Part shown: in pieces, positions 13,089 through 26,715 of the stretch
Numbering within the stretch: the first letter of the stretch is position 1
How the letters are laid out: the number at the start of each line of letters is the position of its first letter
Assembly: GCF_006345805.1 (NCBI RefSeq)
Contig: NC_043003.1
Span: 72,292,001-72,356,000, forward strand
Direction: 5' to 3'
Length of the DNA stretch: 64,000 nucleotides
DNA from: Octopus sinensis
Taxonomy: Eukaryota
Program-made: the position numbers and the translations under genes
The notes under the pieces: model-generated
What the model saw: only the letters and a program-made list of their open reading frames with translations
What the model was told of the DNA's origin: nothing
The model's database searches: none

Positions 13089-13522
13089 AAAGTAGCTTGC
13101 TTACCGACAACATGGTTCTGGATTGAGTCCCACTGCGTAGCACCTTGGACAAGTGTCTTCTGCTATAGCCTCGAGCTGACCAAAGCCTTGTGAGTGGATT
13201 TAGTAGCTGGAAACTGAAAGAAGCCCGTCGTATATATGTATATATGTGTGTGTTTGTGTGCGTGTGTGTATGTGTGTGTGCGTGTGTGTGTGTGTGTGTG
13301 CATGTGTGCATGTTTGCGTGTCTGTGTTTGTCTCCCCAACATCGCTTGGCAATCGATGCTGGTGTACTTACGTCCCCGTAACTTAGCGATGCAGCAAAAG
13401 TGACCGATAGAATAAGTACTAGGTTTACAAAAAATAAGTCCTGCGGTCGATTTGGTCGACTAAAGGCAGTGCTTCAGCATGGCTGCAGTCAAATTACTGA
13501 AACAAGTAAAAGAGTAAAAGAG
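13089..13522 (+). mobile_element. SINE family A body; its head lies at 10813-10845
   Basis: Resumes exactly where the head at 10813-10845 stops; full body and AAAAGAGT tail present. Confidence 0.9.
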
Positions 13523-15269
13523 TATGCAGTTATACTTATTTAAGGAGATTAATAAAGAATACAATGGCCAAATATTTGTCATTTCTTTTAAGAAACTTCA
13601 AAATTTAATCAGTGCATTGTTCCAAGCAGGAGAATATATTAAGATTTCAATATATCCTTGTAGTTCGTCTGCTACACAGGGGTAAAATTCTTTGTGTCGG
13701 ACCGTGTAAATATCTCTTATTCTTTGGAGTTCTATAATTGGCAATAATAATACAAACAACTAAGAACTAGACTATTCTACATAACTAGCATAATCTCGCG
13801 CTCTAAGTGATTTCAGCATCCAATCTGTCAGTCACATTCACGTTTTTGCAGTTCTCGTAATATGAGAACGAAACAATGTCATTATAATTCTCAGTTTTTC
13901 GGGCAATGACCCACAACCCGTCACAGAAATAAACGTAACCTTGATAGTGCTGCTGAAATTTTGAATTAGTGGCACATGATCTGAATATGTGATACAGCAA
14001 TAATTGAAACAACAGAAAGAAAACAATAAAGACTAAAGCAACGTAAGTAACACCAGCAGTTTACTACCGAAATACGAGACAAAAAATCTATAATGAAATA
14101 AATTTGGGTGATGTTTATTCCTCGCTTAAGAGCATTAACAATATAAATGAGGTTGAATTAGTGTCATTCGAGAAATGTGAGAGCCGAAACTGATAGACTT
14201 CCTGTACATCTACCTTTCAGTGAAGAGACAACGGCAGCATCCATGGCCCTTTAAATTTCTCAAAGCCTCCAAAATAGATGGGAAGAAAGGAATAAAGCTT
14301 TCAGCAAACCCGAAACCTGGTCCGAACACTTGCAACGAAGTGGACTCCGCTAAACGTAACCGAGCATTTGTTGATGGTGTTGAACCGAGTGACAAATTAA
14401 AACCTACTTCCTAAGATTTCATAACGCAGGGAACTGGAACGAATGTCGATTTGTCGTCTCTTGCGATGGTCTAATAATTTCGCTAATCAAAATATTCCGA
14501 ATTATTATTCTCATTCATTAACAAAAAAAAAAAAAAAGAAAACTTTATCCAGACCACAGCTCGCAATAAGTACAATAAACATAGTTTACACAAGCGTAAG
14601 TAAATTATTATTCTCGTTCATTTAAAATTAAAGAACAAAAATCTTTATTCAAACCACTCTGCTATCACAAAGCACACAATGATCACGATATACAAATGGT
14701 TTGCACAAAAGCAAGTAAATGATGATAATATGATGAGAATCTAACCTTTAAAATAGAATATTGTCAAAGTTAGGCGAATCACCATTCAGTCAGAATTACA
14801 TATTCAATTTTAAATAGAAATCTTCAATGTAGATGAAATGAAAGGTCGGAACCGTCTACGTACTCCTCTAAATATGAGTTATTTGACCCAAGAGTGCAAC
14901 CATGATGGGAAAATATGTGAAGGTATTCCAACGCTGGCCACCCCATCTTTCTTTTGTGATTTGCCTATTTAATACAGCATTGTCTGTCTTTTCTTTCAAA
15001 GTTGTAGATGAGATGGAGAGGTTTGGCTGTTATTTCTGGCATAACAGTGACTACTTGGTAGCTATCCCATCAACATTAGCACCTTTTGTATTCATTACGG
15101 GTACATTGGGTGTGTCAGCCCACACTTCACTGTTTTCTTCTTATTTGATCATTGATGTATTGCTATTTAACCATCGTCATATATCTTGGGCTGTATTGTG
15201 TCATGCTGGGCCATCTTAGTATTTGAAACCCTCGGACAAAGCAGTGTACTCAGGTTACTAACCTCTCTC

Positions 15270-15600
15270 TTCGCACTCAGTGCATTGAGAAAATTATAAG
15301 TTCATTTTCAAGGAACATAATCGAAAGCAACTTCAAACATTGCTGACCCGTCGTGCTGTAAAGAGGATACTTTGTGAGTTTCACCCTAGAAAATGAACGT
15401 CCTTCGGTAAATTGGTTACCATCATGTACATGAAATATTCGGAGTGCGAATTCAACACTAAGAAACACAGATTTCATTGAGAACTGTTTGCATTCATTAA
15501 TTCGTTGTAATCAAAATCCTCAGGTCAAGTCTTGTTCATACCCATGGGCCCGGAAACAGGGGAGCAGGGGGTGCAAGCGAACTTCCTTCTACTATTTTTG
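15270..15600 (-). mobile_element. hAT transposase C-terminal dimerisation-domain remnant and probable element end
   Basis: FALRIF..EGRSFSRVKLTKYPLYSTTGQQCLKLLSIMFLENEL matches the hAT pattern ERSFS.LKL.K..LRST..Q.RL..L....IE; GC-rich end-like sequence at about 15540-15580. Confidence 0.7.
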
Positions 15601-16994
15601 TGGGAGTGCAAAATCAGAATATGTACCCCTACTTGCTTTTCTCAGATTTAGAAAACAATGCCTAAAAGTGATCTGCAAAAAGGAGTTTGAAATTAGGTTT
15701 CTTCTCAAAGAACAAAGAACAAAAATAAATAAACAAACAATAAGATCTTGTAAGTAAAAATGTTTGGACCTGGTTTTGGACCTTTAACAAAACTCATAAA
15801 AGTCAGTGTTTTCACCTGACTAAGGAAGGAAAGGAGACAACCAATACTTCGTCAAGTTCCCCATGTTTACTCAGGTGAGAGCTCAGAGAAAGAAAAGCTT
15901 CCACCTTAAATGTTTCACTTTCTTGAAAGTGAAACATTAAATAAATACGCGTACACCTTTTTTGTATGTATGTGTGCGTGTATGTGTGTTAGAGAGAGAG
16001 AGAGAGAAAGAAAGAGTGAGTGCCGCTTAGTCATTACTCTCTCTCTCTCTCTGTCTCTCTCACACACACATACATAAAAAGGATGTATGCATATGTATTT
16101 ATGTATGTACGCATACATGACAACACACCCCTTCATCCACTCTTTCTCTCTCTCTCTCTCACTCTCTCTTTCACACACACGAATACATGAATGTATACAA
16201 ACGTACATACAAAAACACACATGTGCGTGTGTGACTGACAGCAGATACATAGAGCTGAACACGGCACGCAAAAAGTAAAGAAATAAAAAATTGTTACGGA
16301 AATCAACAGAGTGAGCAGATTGAAGCGAAAGAATGCCCATATATTTTTGGGCGCCCCATGTTGAATCGCAAAATTATAATATGGTATTTGTGTAATAACG
16401 AAATCAAACCTGGAGTGTGTGTGTGTATATTGTAGAGACAGTGGTGTGTGTTTATATTAGAGAGACAGTGGATGAGTGTGTGTGAGGGACAGAGAGATGC
16501 ATGAAATAAACATGAAATGGAAAAATCGTGTAAGTTAAAGCTCGATAAAAACTATTTTGTACCGAATATTTGATTTTGTGAACTTCAAATATCTCTTATT
16601 ATAAATTCAATAATAAAAGGAAGTTCAGAAAGTACCGTACTGGGGTCGACCTAATCGACTGGCCCTCTTCCTCGAAATTTCGGGCTTTGTGTCTAGAGTT
16701 AAAAAAAAAAAGTAAATTTTCTTGAAAACTTCAATTTATAAAAAAATCTCACTTGCTTAGTAAATATTTCTTAAAGTAATTTATCGTAGATGTTTGCAAA
16801 TAGCGAATAAAACCTTGAAATGAAAACATTAAAATAGAGATCGAGAGGTTTCGCAAATGAAAACGGAATATTTCGCCTGCAAAGAATTAATATTGTTTTG
16901 GTAGTTGCTACGTCAGTACCGTAAGTTGATATTGTAAAGCCTTTTTAAAGAATTGAGCCATGTATATAAAGCATTATTATGTATTTAAAAAAAA

Positions 16995-17165
16995 AAATAA
17001 AGTGAAGAGCTTATCTATCCGAGGTCAAATTATTCATGCATCCCAAATATGGAACCATTTCGCGCAGCCGTTTTCGAGTGAAAAACGATTACACACACAC
17101 ACATACGTACATACATAAACACACACACACACACACGCACACAAGTCTATTTTATATAATAGACA
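16995..17165 (-). mobile_element. Probable Helentron-associated (HINE/DINE-like) fragment
   Basis: CATCCCAAATATGG..GCAGCCGTTTTCGAG..(CA)n..TTTTATATAATAGA layout is typical of HINE ends. Confidence 0.45.
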
Positions 17166-18228
17166 TTCTTATTGCATCAGGATATTTGGTTTTACCTTGA
17201 GAGTTTACTTTTAATATATACATATGCCCATGCATATATGCATGCTTATATAAATATCTAAAAGTGTGTATGCTTTACGCTCATACACACACACACTGAA
17301 ATATATAATGAGAGAAAGAAAGAAGCGAAATATGTGTGCGTATGTTTACGAGTGCATGTTTATATGTAGACTAAATGTTTGACCACAAACCTGAAAATGC
17401 ATTTTACGTTCACCGTAATTATAGGAGTCAGAAATATCTTTCTGAAAGTTTCTGGCAGTAATTATTGAAAACCCCAGGTCCCAGCTACTACAGATGCTAC
17501 TAGAAGTTAAATATCTTTTCTAAAATATCCTTGCGAAATTTAGTTGATTTCACCAAAAGCTGAACGAAACAGCTACTCGCTTAAAAAAGCATGCTAGAAA
17601 AATGTCAGATGTTAGATGTCAGGGGTACAAGTAATTATTTACGGACGACAGAAAAAACTCTTGTAAATTCAATGAAGACACTGAAATAAGACAGGAAAAT
17701 ACCAACGGGAAGCAAAATCAAAATTAAGAAAATATATTTTATAAAACAAACAGAACGCTTGATCTTTTAAAATGAGAGACGGAATATAAAAAAAAATTTT
17801 TTAGATATTCGTGCTCAGAATTTTATGATAAATACCGTGATAGCCACGACAGGGATGTAACAATTGCTAGCTAATAAATCAATCACGGTGGAGTTGATGT
17901 AACGTATGTCAACTCAGTAAATTAATCGACTGTTTAATGCCAGTTTAGTCTTATTGATAGATGTCTAAAGATGTTAGGCGATATGTTTCTTGTGAAAGGG
18001 ATACAATATAGTGGTATGACATTACGAAATGCTAATATTTTTGGTGGAAGGTTAGTCCACCACAACCACGTAAAAGAAAATATAATGCAGTACATGTAAG
18101 CGTGTACTCAAAGATCTCTGTGATAGATACTGTAATTCAGCGAGACTTTTACTACTTTCAGCTCAAGAACTACAGCCGTGTTGGGCATTGCCGTTAAATA
18201 ATCCGAGTCTATGCTTCAATAATTTCCG

Positions 18229-18440
<212 letters not shown>

Positions 18441-18559
18441 TGCGTATATTCAACTGAACTTCTCTAAAATTAAAGCATGAAGTACTACTGAAGTGTTTAT
18501 ATTTTCTGTGAATAACTTTAGAAAAATAACTAAATATAATGTATATTTTCACTTTATGA

Positions 18560-19240
18560 ATAAGATTTTAAACAATAGCTTTTTAATACTGTGTCGAGTT
18601 AAAAGTTTTGCAATATTTTTATGACTTATTTTCTGTATTCGTCAAGTTCCGACAAAAGCAGCTTATCATTCAAAGTAATAATCGTTGTGCTGCACCGTCT
18701 GAAGCCACCTTCAGCTCTTGTCCTTCGCGACTTGGTTTCTTGGTCGAGGAAGTGAGCCATAGATCGGAACAAGTAATAATCCGAGGGAGTTTGGTCCAGA
18801 TTATATGCCGAGTGTGACATCAATTCAGTTCCCTCAAGTTCTTGGACTTTATTCCGGGTCGTTCGAGCGGGAGTATTGTTGCAGATAACCTCACTTTCTG
18901 TTTACCGATGCCGAGTATTTCTGCTATACAGCGGCATAATCTATTTCATTTGTTCGGATTACAGGTTGGCAACGATGGTTCGATCGTCCAAAACTAACTC
19001 GTAGTGAATTATTGCCTCGAAAGACAAGAACTGGTATCATCTGGAATCAAAGGACTGGCAGAGAAATGGTTCCAAACAGCGCAAAACGATAGCCTCTACT
19101 TTGAATGCTAGACTTCTTCTGTTGTAACTTGATGAATAAAGCAAATAAGCTACAAAGAAATTGTAAAACTTTTGACTCAAGACAAAAGATTTCCCACTAT
19201 GTTCATTTTGCGTATCTATGGAGGAGTTACACAAGAACTA
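18560..19240 (-). mobile_element. Decayed, internally deleted mariner element
   Basis: HSAYNLDQTPSDYYLFRSM matches the mariner motif HPPYSPDLAPSDYYLFRSM. Confidence 0.75.
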
Positions 19241-21078
19241 ATTCATAATTGAATAATTAGTTTTAATTCAGTCCTTGTAGTTTTTCCTCTTGCATAATCA
19301 TCTAAATTGTTGTTGTGTGAATCATACACACATACACACACATACACATCATCTATCAATTACCTTTCTTCTGTATTTGAAAAATACATTAAAATTTACA
19401 ATGTGTGGAGAAATTACACTAAAATACAAAACTATCAATTTTAAGGTGGGGAGTGTTTTACTAGTACTTTATTTTATCAGCCCCGAAAAGAGTGATGCAG
19501 GATTTGAACTCAGAGAGTAAATGACTGCAAAAAACACTACAAGTAAAATGTTTTTCTAAAGCTCTAACGATTTTGCTGCATTGCTATTATTGAAACCGAC
19601 TTTGTAACAACACAGCAAAGCGAAATAGTACAGCAGCACAGCAAAAAATCTTCACAAGAAAATTACAAAAATATGAAATATATATAAACGCACATTTCAA
19701 AACTCATATATAGCACAAATAAATAACAAATATGCAATTGATACGTGACTAAATATCTAAATATAGAGCTTTAAAAAATATTTAAAGCCTGAGGTAATGG
19801 GGAAAACACCTTAGCTTTCAAAGGACAGCATAGAGTGTTAAGTACAATGAAGCTAATGACTGTAGGAGAAACCTGGGCAAAAAAAAAACCGACTCCCCAA
19901 GGGTTGCATCTCTGGTGAGTGAGTTTTGAATGAAATGCAAATATTTTTTCTTCCCTAAAATATGAAGATTTTCAGAGAAGTTGAACCAAAATAAAATATT
20001 TATACCATTTACCACTCTATTATTGCTTCTGTCATGAATGCGATCAATGAATATAGAAGAGTAAAAGTACGTGACCAACTAGTTAGGTTGCTTGACTTGC
20101 GATCATTATATCAATGGTTCAATTTCTGGACCGGGCGACGCGTTGTATACTTGAGGAAGGTCTCCATTTCATTCTACTCAGTTGAAAATGCAGCCCTCTC
20201 TCTCTCTCCGTTTCTCTCTCCCTCTCCACGTTTCTCTCTCTATCTCTCCCCCAAGAGAAAGAGAATGTCGAGAATGTCTACTCACGAATACATAAGCACT
20301 AAAATCAATTAACGAAAGCATGGTAATATCCCCAAGTCATACTTGGTCACGGGTGGCCACTGGTAATTTAATGAATACGAAATGTATACGAAATGGAAAC
20401 GACAATGTCTTCAAAGATTCACCAGTGATGACTCGTTCAAAATGTAACAGTTTAAATACGTTACTACCAGTGTTAAAACATTGAAGTTGCTGCTGATAAA
20501 ATATAATAAATATTAGTATCTGTATTCAGTCAATATTCGTTATAAATATATATTTAAACCCAACCTTACGTAAGTTTATCGCTTATATATTTGATTTGCA
20601 GGATACTTGCTGTGAATTCGTGTGTTGAAAAATAATTTGTTGTATCTCGAGAAGTCATTATTCCAATGATAAACACAAGCGCTGGTTCTGTTTCATTTCT
20701 TTATTAATATTTCTAAAAAAAAACTTTGTCAATTAGTTAACTATCTACTCTGTTAAATAATTCATTGATTAATCGTTGGGTTAAGCAATCGGTTAGCTTT
20801 GTCAAAGTCCTTTTGTCGTCATTCGCGACTTCATCGATGATATTCCCTCTCTTCTCCAGGTCTGCTTCAGATCAGCTTGTCTGTCTCTTAGTTTGTAGCT
20901 TCTATATTTATATTGTTAGATTTAGGTGAGAGAGAGAGAGAAAAAGGAAACAATGTGTGTGTACATGTGAGAGTGCGCGTTCGTGCATGTGGGCGCTATG
21001 GGTGTGTGCGCGCATGTTTGTTTCTGTTTTATAGTATGTGTTAAAGAGAACGTGTCTGAGTTAGTGCGTTAGAGAGAA

Positions 21079-21114
<36 letters not shown>

Positions 21115-21531
21115 TGTGGATGCGCTGGTTCATATCTGTGTATAGTGTAGATTTTGTGAACGATAGTGTCCGGTAAAACGCTTCTTTCTTTATATCGTTA
21201 TTTATTTTAAGGTTAGTGCCTATATCTTTTTAAGTACGACTGTTTATATGTGCGCGCATGCGTTTATAGTCAGATGGGTTTTCCATCTTTTGGAGTGACA
21301 TGGATGGAAATACAATTTAGTCACTTTATCTCTTATTCTAATGACTCAAAGAAAGAAATAATTTGAGTACTGATATGTGAACGTATATATTGTAATTGTT
21401 TGAATCTGTTTAGCTCGGGCATTGCCATCTACATTTTATTATACCATGTGATACATACCGACCTGAATTCTATTATGCCATATACGAATATATATCATAT
21501 GCTGCATTCTTTTGTTCTTTTATCTATTTAC

Positions 21532-21930
21532 TCGGAGTGGCTGTGTGGTAAGTAGCTTGCTAACAAACCACATGGTTCCGGGTTCAGTCCCACTGCGTGG
21601 CATCTTGGACAAGTGTCTTCTGCTATAGCCTCGGGCCGACCAAAGCCTTGTGAGTGGATTTGGTAGACGGAAACTGAAAGAAGCCTGCCGTATATATGTG
21701 TATATATATATATGTATGTGTGTGTATATGTTTGTCTGTGTTTGTCCCTCTAGCATTGCTTGACAACCGATGGTGGTGTGTTTACGTCCCGTCACTTAGC
21801 GGTTCGACAAAAGAGACCGATAGAATAAGTACTGGGCTTACAAAGAATAAATCCTGGGGTCGATTTTCTCGACTAAAGGCGGTGCTCCAGCATGGCCGCA
21901 GTCATATGACTGAAACAAGTAAAAGAGAGA
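21532..21930 (+). mobile_element. Full-length SINE family A
   Basis: Same head, CORE-like segment and tail as 5238-5640. Confidence 0.92.
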
Positions 21931-22469
21931 GACTGTGGAAATCCTTTTGGCACCGACTTGAAAAATTTTTAGTTGGTTGAATCATCCCCGACACTTATTT
22001 TTTAAAAACCTACTACATATTCTATCGGCCTCTTTGGCCGAATCGCTAAGCTACGGAAACATATACACATCAACACCGGTTATCAACAATGGCGGGGACA
22101 AACACATACGCAAGCACGTGCATACACACACACACGCAAGCACACAGCATAGTATTAAATTAAGGTGGCCGCACAATTTGTCATTTCGATAAATCAACCA
22201 TAAACATATATGGCAAATATATTGCTACTGACAGAAAATTAGCTGTTCCACTGAAGCAATGGAGGCACACTGTTGAGAATTCCTATTTGTATTAAACTGT
22301 GCAGTCCAGTGGTTTGGATTTGCTTTGCTCATGGGGTAGTCATCTACCCTGTCAGTATATATATATATATAAATATACTTTTACACAGCTATCAGTGGTT
22401 TAACTCTTATCTCTAGCAATATATGTGTTTGTAGTACATACAGTCACAATTAGTGAGGAGTAAATTTTA

Positions 22470-22689
22470 GCTATACTCTTTACTCTTTACTCTTTTACTT
22501 GTTTCAGTCATTTGACTGCGGCCATGCTGGAGCACCGCCTTTAATCGAGCAACTCGACCCCAGGACTTATTCTTTTGTAAGCCCAGTACTTATTCTATCG
22601 GTCTATTTTGCCGAACCGCTAAGTTACGGGGACATAAACACACCAGCATCGGTTGTCAAGCAATGCTAGAGGGACAAACACACACACGC

Positions 22690-22720
<31 letters not shown>

Positions 22721-22735
22721 TACGACGATATTTAT
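22470..22735 (-). mobile_element. SINE family A, 3' half
   Basis: TACTCTTTTACTTGTTTCAGTCATTTGACTGCGGCCATGCTGGAGCACCGCC is the reverse complement of the family tail. Confidence 0.9.
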
Positions 22736-23189
22736 AGATTAGACCTTGTCGAGACAAGGCATCATTTTCATCTTTTGAAACCACAAAACAGCTACCTGTC
22801 CCTTGAGAGATGGTGGATGATGCGCAATAGGATAAAATACCAGAAATCAATTGGAGTCTGTTATAGGCATAAGCACATACCCATGTATGCGGGCAGTCGA
22901 AGGTTTTCAGGTCGTTCCCATGATAAGGTTTATGGAGCTTTGGGTATTACAGGACTGATCAGGAATAGAGTCATCACCAACAACGTACATACAGCAGAGA
23001 AGAGATATACACGCTTCTGGTTTAAGAGGAGTGGAATCAGTAAAATGTTAGATAGATACAGGCTGAGACTTAGTCAACCACAGTTGTATCACTTAGATAA
23101 GAGAGTGTATGTTGCAAGATTCGAAATATTTACTAATTCTAAAATGCAGCACATGATATATCCTATATATGCATATATTTGCTCCACCA

Positions 23190-23410
23190 TCACCAATATA
23201 TGCATATGTTTGTCCCCCACCCTACCATCGCTTGAAAACCGATGCTGGTGTATTTGCGTCCCTGTAGTTTCACTGTTCGGCAAAAGAGGTCAATAGAATA
23301 CGTACTAGGCTTACAAAGAATAAGTCCTGGGGTCGATTTGTTCGACTAAAAGTGGTGCTCCAGCATGGCCGCAGTCAAATGACTGAAACAAATAAAAGAA
23401 TAAAAGAGTA
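23190..23410 (+). mobile_element. SINE family A, 3' half
   Basis: CGATGCTGGTG..GTTCGGCAAAAGAG..GGTGCTCCAGCATGGCCGCAGTCAAATGACTGAAAC. Confidence 0.88.
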
Positions 23411-23518
23411 TATACTATGTTGCATATCAATACACAATGTAGACTACATGTCAATATCAGTCTGCATAATGAAGCAAATACTATTTTATTGTTTCTATTT
23501 ATGTATATAAACGCACAG

Positions 23519-23566
<48 letters not shown>

Positions 23567-23608
23567 ATGAATGTGTAATGTGTATGCATGTATGTTTAAA
23601 TATATAGG

Positions 23609-23919
23609 ATAGGAGCACTCCGTCGGTTACGACGACGAGGGTCCCAGCTGAACAGCCTGCTCGAGAAATTAACGTGCAAGTGACTGAGCAATCCACAGAA
23701 ACGCGTACCCCTAACGTAGTTCTCATGGAGATTCAGCGTGACACAGAGTGTGACAAGGCCGGCCCTTTGAAATACAAGTACAACTCACTTTTGCTAGCTG
23801 AGTGGACTGGAGCAAGGTGAAATAAATTGTCTTGCTCAAGAACACAACGTGTTGCCGGGAATCGAACTCACGACCTTACAATCGTGAGCCAAATGCCTTC
23901 ACCACTAAGCCACATGCCT
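23609..23919 (-). mobile_element. tRNA-derived SINE, family D
   Basis: Minus-strand head AGGCATGTGGCTTAGTGG..GTCGTGAGTTCGATTCCCGG with A/B boxes; paralog at 55420-55723. Confidence 0.85.
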
Positions 23920-23954
23920 TGAGTCATTATATATGTTTGAATATATAATGTATG

Positions 23955-23994
<40 letters not shown>

Positions 23995-24624
23995 TATATA
24001 TACATACATACATATTTTACATATATACTTATGTATATATGTATATATACATATGTGTATATGTATATATACATATAGACACAGGCGCACGCGCACGCAC
24101 ACATACACAAGCCCACACGCACACACATACGAGTAAGTGAACAAACGAGAGAAAATGACACTCAACACATTTTGTAGTAGTTACATATATTTTTAATACC
24201 AATTTGATTTAGTTCCATATGACTTAAAATTTCATTAGTGAATAGGACGCGTCCATCTCATCAGGTATCCGGAGAGGAGTGAATGTAACAACATCAAATT
24301 TGGTAAAGATTGCTGTCGTTAATGTTTTTATAGTCCATTGAATGACTACTGACTCGCGTCAATAACCCACCCTACCATGTGCAAAGAATACGAAGAATTC
24401 ATGAGGTTGAATACAGTACATCGGATCTTGACGCTAGAGTGGCACAGCATATTGCCAACTTCCTGTCAAAGCACGTGGGTCTAACAATAGAGTACATGGT
24501 GTCGCTTCCACAGCATTAACATCATGTGACATAAGCAAACCAATACAAATGTAACATCTAGAATGATATCTTGAATTTGTCTCATATCTCTCATTCTTCT
24601 GATATTTGATGGGATGAGATCTAA

Positions 24625-24830
24625 GGCAGTGAGCTGGCAGAACCATTAACGTGACTGGTTACATGCTTAACAGCACTTCGTCCTTGTTTCGGTTCTGAGT
24701 TCAAATTCTGCCTTGGTTGGCTTTGCTTTTCATCCTATCGGAGTCAGTAAAATAAATACTAATTGAGCACTTGGGTCGACGTAATCGACTTGCACCTCTC
24801 CCAAATTGCTGACCTTGTACCAAAATATGA
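24625..24830 (+). mobile_element. SINE family B, degraded
   Basis: GAGCTGGCAGAA..GTTCTGAGTTCAAATTCTGCC..TTTGCTTTTCATCC..GGGTCGACGTAATCGACT. Confidence 0.8.
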
Positions 24831-24918
24831 AACTGATATTTGATGAGATGGAGGCGTCATACACCCACAAACGTTAAATCATATGCAGCTGAGGGCTATA
24901 TATATATAATATATATAC

Positions 24919-24983
<65 letters not shown>

Positions 24984-25354
24984 ATATATAGATATATATA
25001 TATATATATATAAGCAAAACATTCAAATACTGAGATTTGAAATCAAACGTCACTACTGTTCATATCATTTGTGGATAAATTTTAAAATTGATGATATCAC
25101 CAGCAGTGACATAGGTGGATCGCAGGTGCAATAGCATTAAATAGCTATGAATTATAAATTTGCACGAAGCGTAATGATGCTTAACCAGCATCTACCTGCT
25201 AGAAATAAGAGCTAAAGTCTTAAATTAATCCACCGTACCGCACCAAGATAACAGAGAAAAAACAGTATGCGAGGAAAACAGAATGAATTAAAACATTTAA
25301 CAGCACAAAATAAAAATATTATGCAATTAGGGATATCCAGACATATGTGTGTGT

Positions 25355-25416
<62 letters not shown>

Positions 25417-25560
25417 TTTGTTACTATTGACGTATCAAGAAGTATTTACGGTTGTTTATTCTTCTCTTACTTTCTCTTTATTCTTCTTTACATTCTCAAA
25501 AGCCTAGAAGGGGATGTGTGAAAAATCACATTTTTATTTCATACTAGAATGTGGCGAAAA

Positions 25561-25965
25561 CATCTTTATATATAAAAGTGAGGTTGTGTGCTGTCTGTCA
25601 CCTACGATTTAGATTCCTAACTACTCCCACATTTTGCGGTGCAGTTTAACCAAAACTGGGTAACTTATAGTCGTGATTCATATCGACCCCTTCTGGGTAT
25701 TAGCGCGCGTCTACGATGAGTCTACGATTTAAAAAAAAATTACCATCATTTTTTTCCATTTTAATGCATTTTCGCTATTATATAAGGGAAGTAACTCTCT
25801 AAAAATGTCTACGATGAGTCAACGATTTAAAAAAAAATTTACCATAATTTTTTTTCCATTTTTAATGCATTTTTTTTTGCTATTTCGTGGCTATAACTCT
25901 CTAAAAATGCTTATATAGTTATTTCCCTTACACACCCGAGCAACGCCGGGCGATACTGCTTGCAG
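25561..25965 (+). mobile_element. Non-autonomous Helentron/HINE-like element
   Basis: Starts ATCTTTATATATAAAAGTGAGGTTGTGTG..CTGTC, has an internal tandem duplication of about 100 bp (CTACGATGAGTC..ACGATTTAAAAAAAAATTTACCAT), and ends with the hairpin CCCG-AGCAACGC-CGGG. Confidence 0.7.
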
Positions 25966-26538
25966 CAAATAAGAGACGTCAGCTGTTTCCAGTTATCAAA
26001 TGAAATACTGTAAGATGAAGATCACCGTGTTTGTTTTTGTTTACTTGTTTACTTGTCCATTAAAGCTGTGACTAATCCAACTTATTCAATGAGAATGCAG
26101 CAGCTTAAAGAATTACTGGCCTTGATTACAAAACAACTTCAGCACACTTGTATCATGACACATTACAACATATGTACCTGTCCACATACGCGTGCGCACA
26201 CTCACTATCACATATACATGCATATATATATATACATATAAACATACATCGTTAAAAAAAAATGGAGACAAAGATTTATGAGCATGGTGCATTCGATAAA
26301 TTACAGGTATTGGTGTGTATGTGTGTATGTATATATGTATGTGTGTGTGTGTGCATGCGCACGCGTGTGTTTATAGTGATTTCATTGGCACTATATTGTT
26401 ATTAACTTCATTTTCTTCATTTCGTTTTATTTGTTAATGTATTTCGTGTACATAATCTTTGTCGCAATACATACATATACGCACGCACGCACGCACACAC
26501 GCACACACACATACACACACACACGCATATATATACAT

Positions 26539-26601
<63 letters not shown>

Positions 26602-26623
26602 TATATATATATAATATATTATA

Positions 26624-26702
<79 letters not shown>

Positions 26703-26715
26703 TGTATAGGATCTT

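Noticed and set aside
22775-23296. 173-aa plus-strand ORF
   Set aside because: The 3' part runs into a SINE and the rest has no recognisable motif or clear splice sites; possibly an old LINE remnant.
24200-24270. CTGATGA..GAAA..GTC on the minus strand
   Set aside because: Stems I and II do not pair convincingly and there is no paralog in the window.
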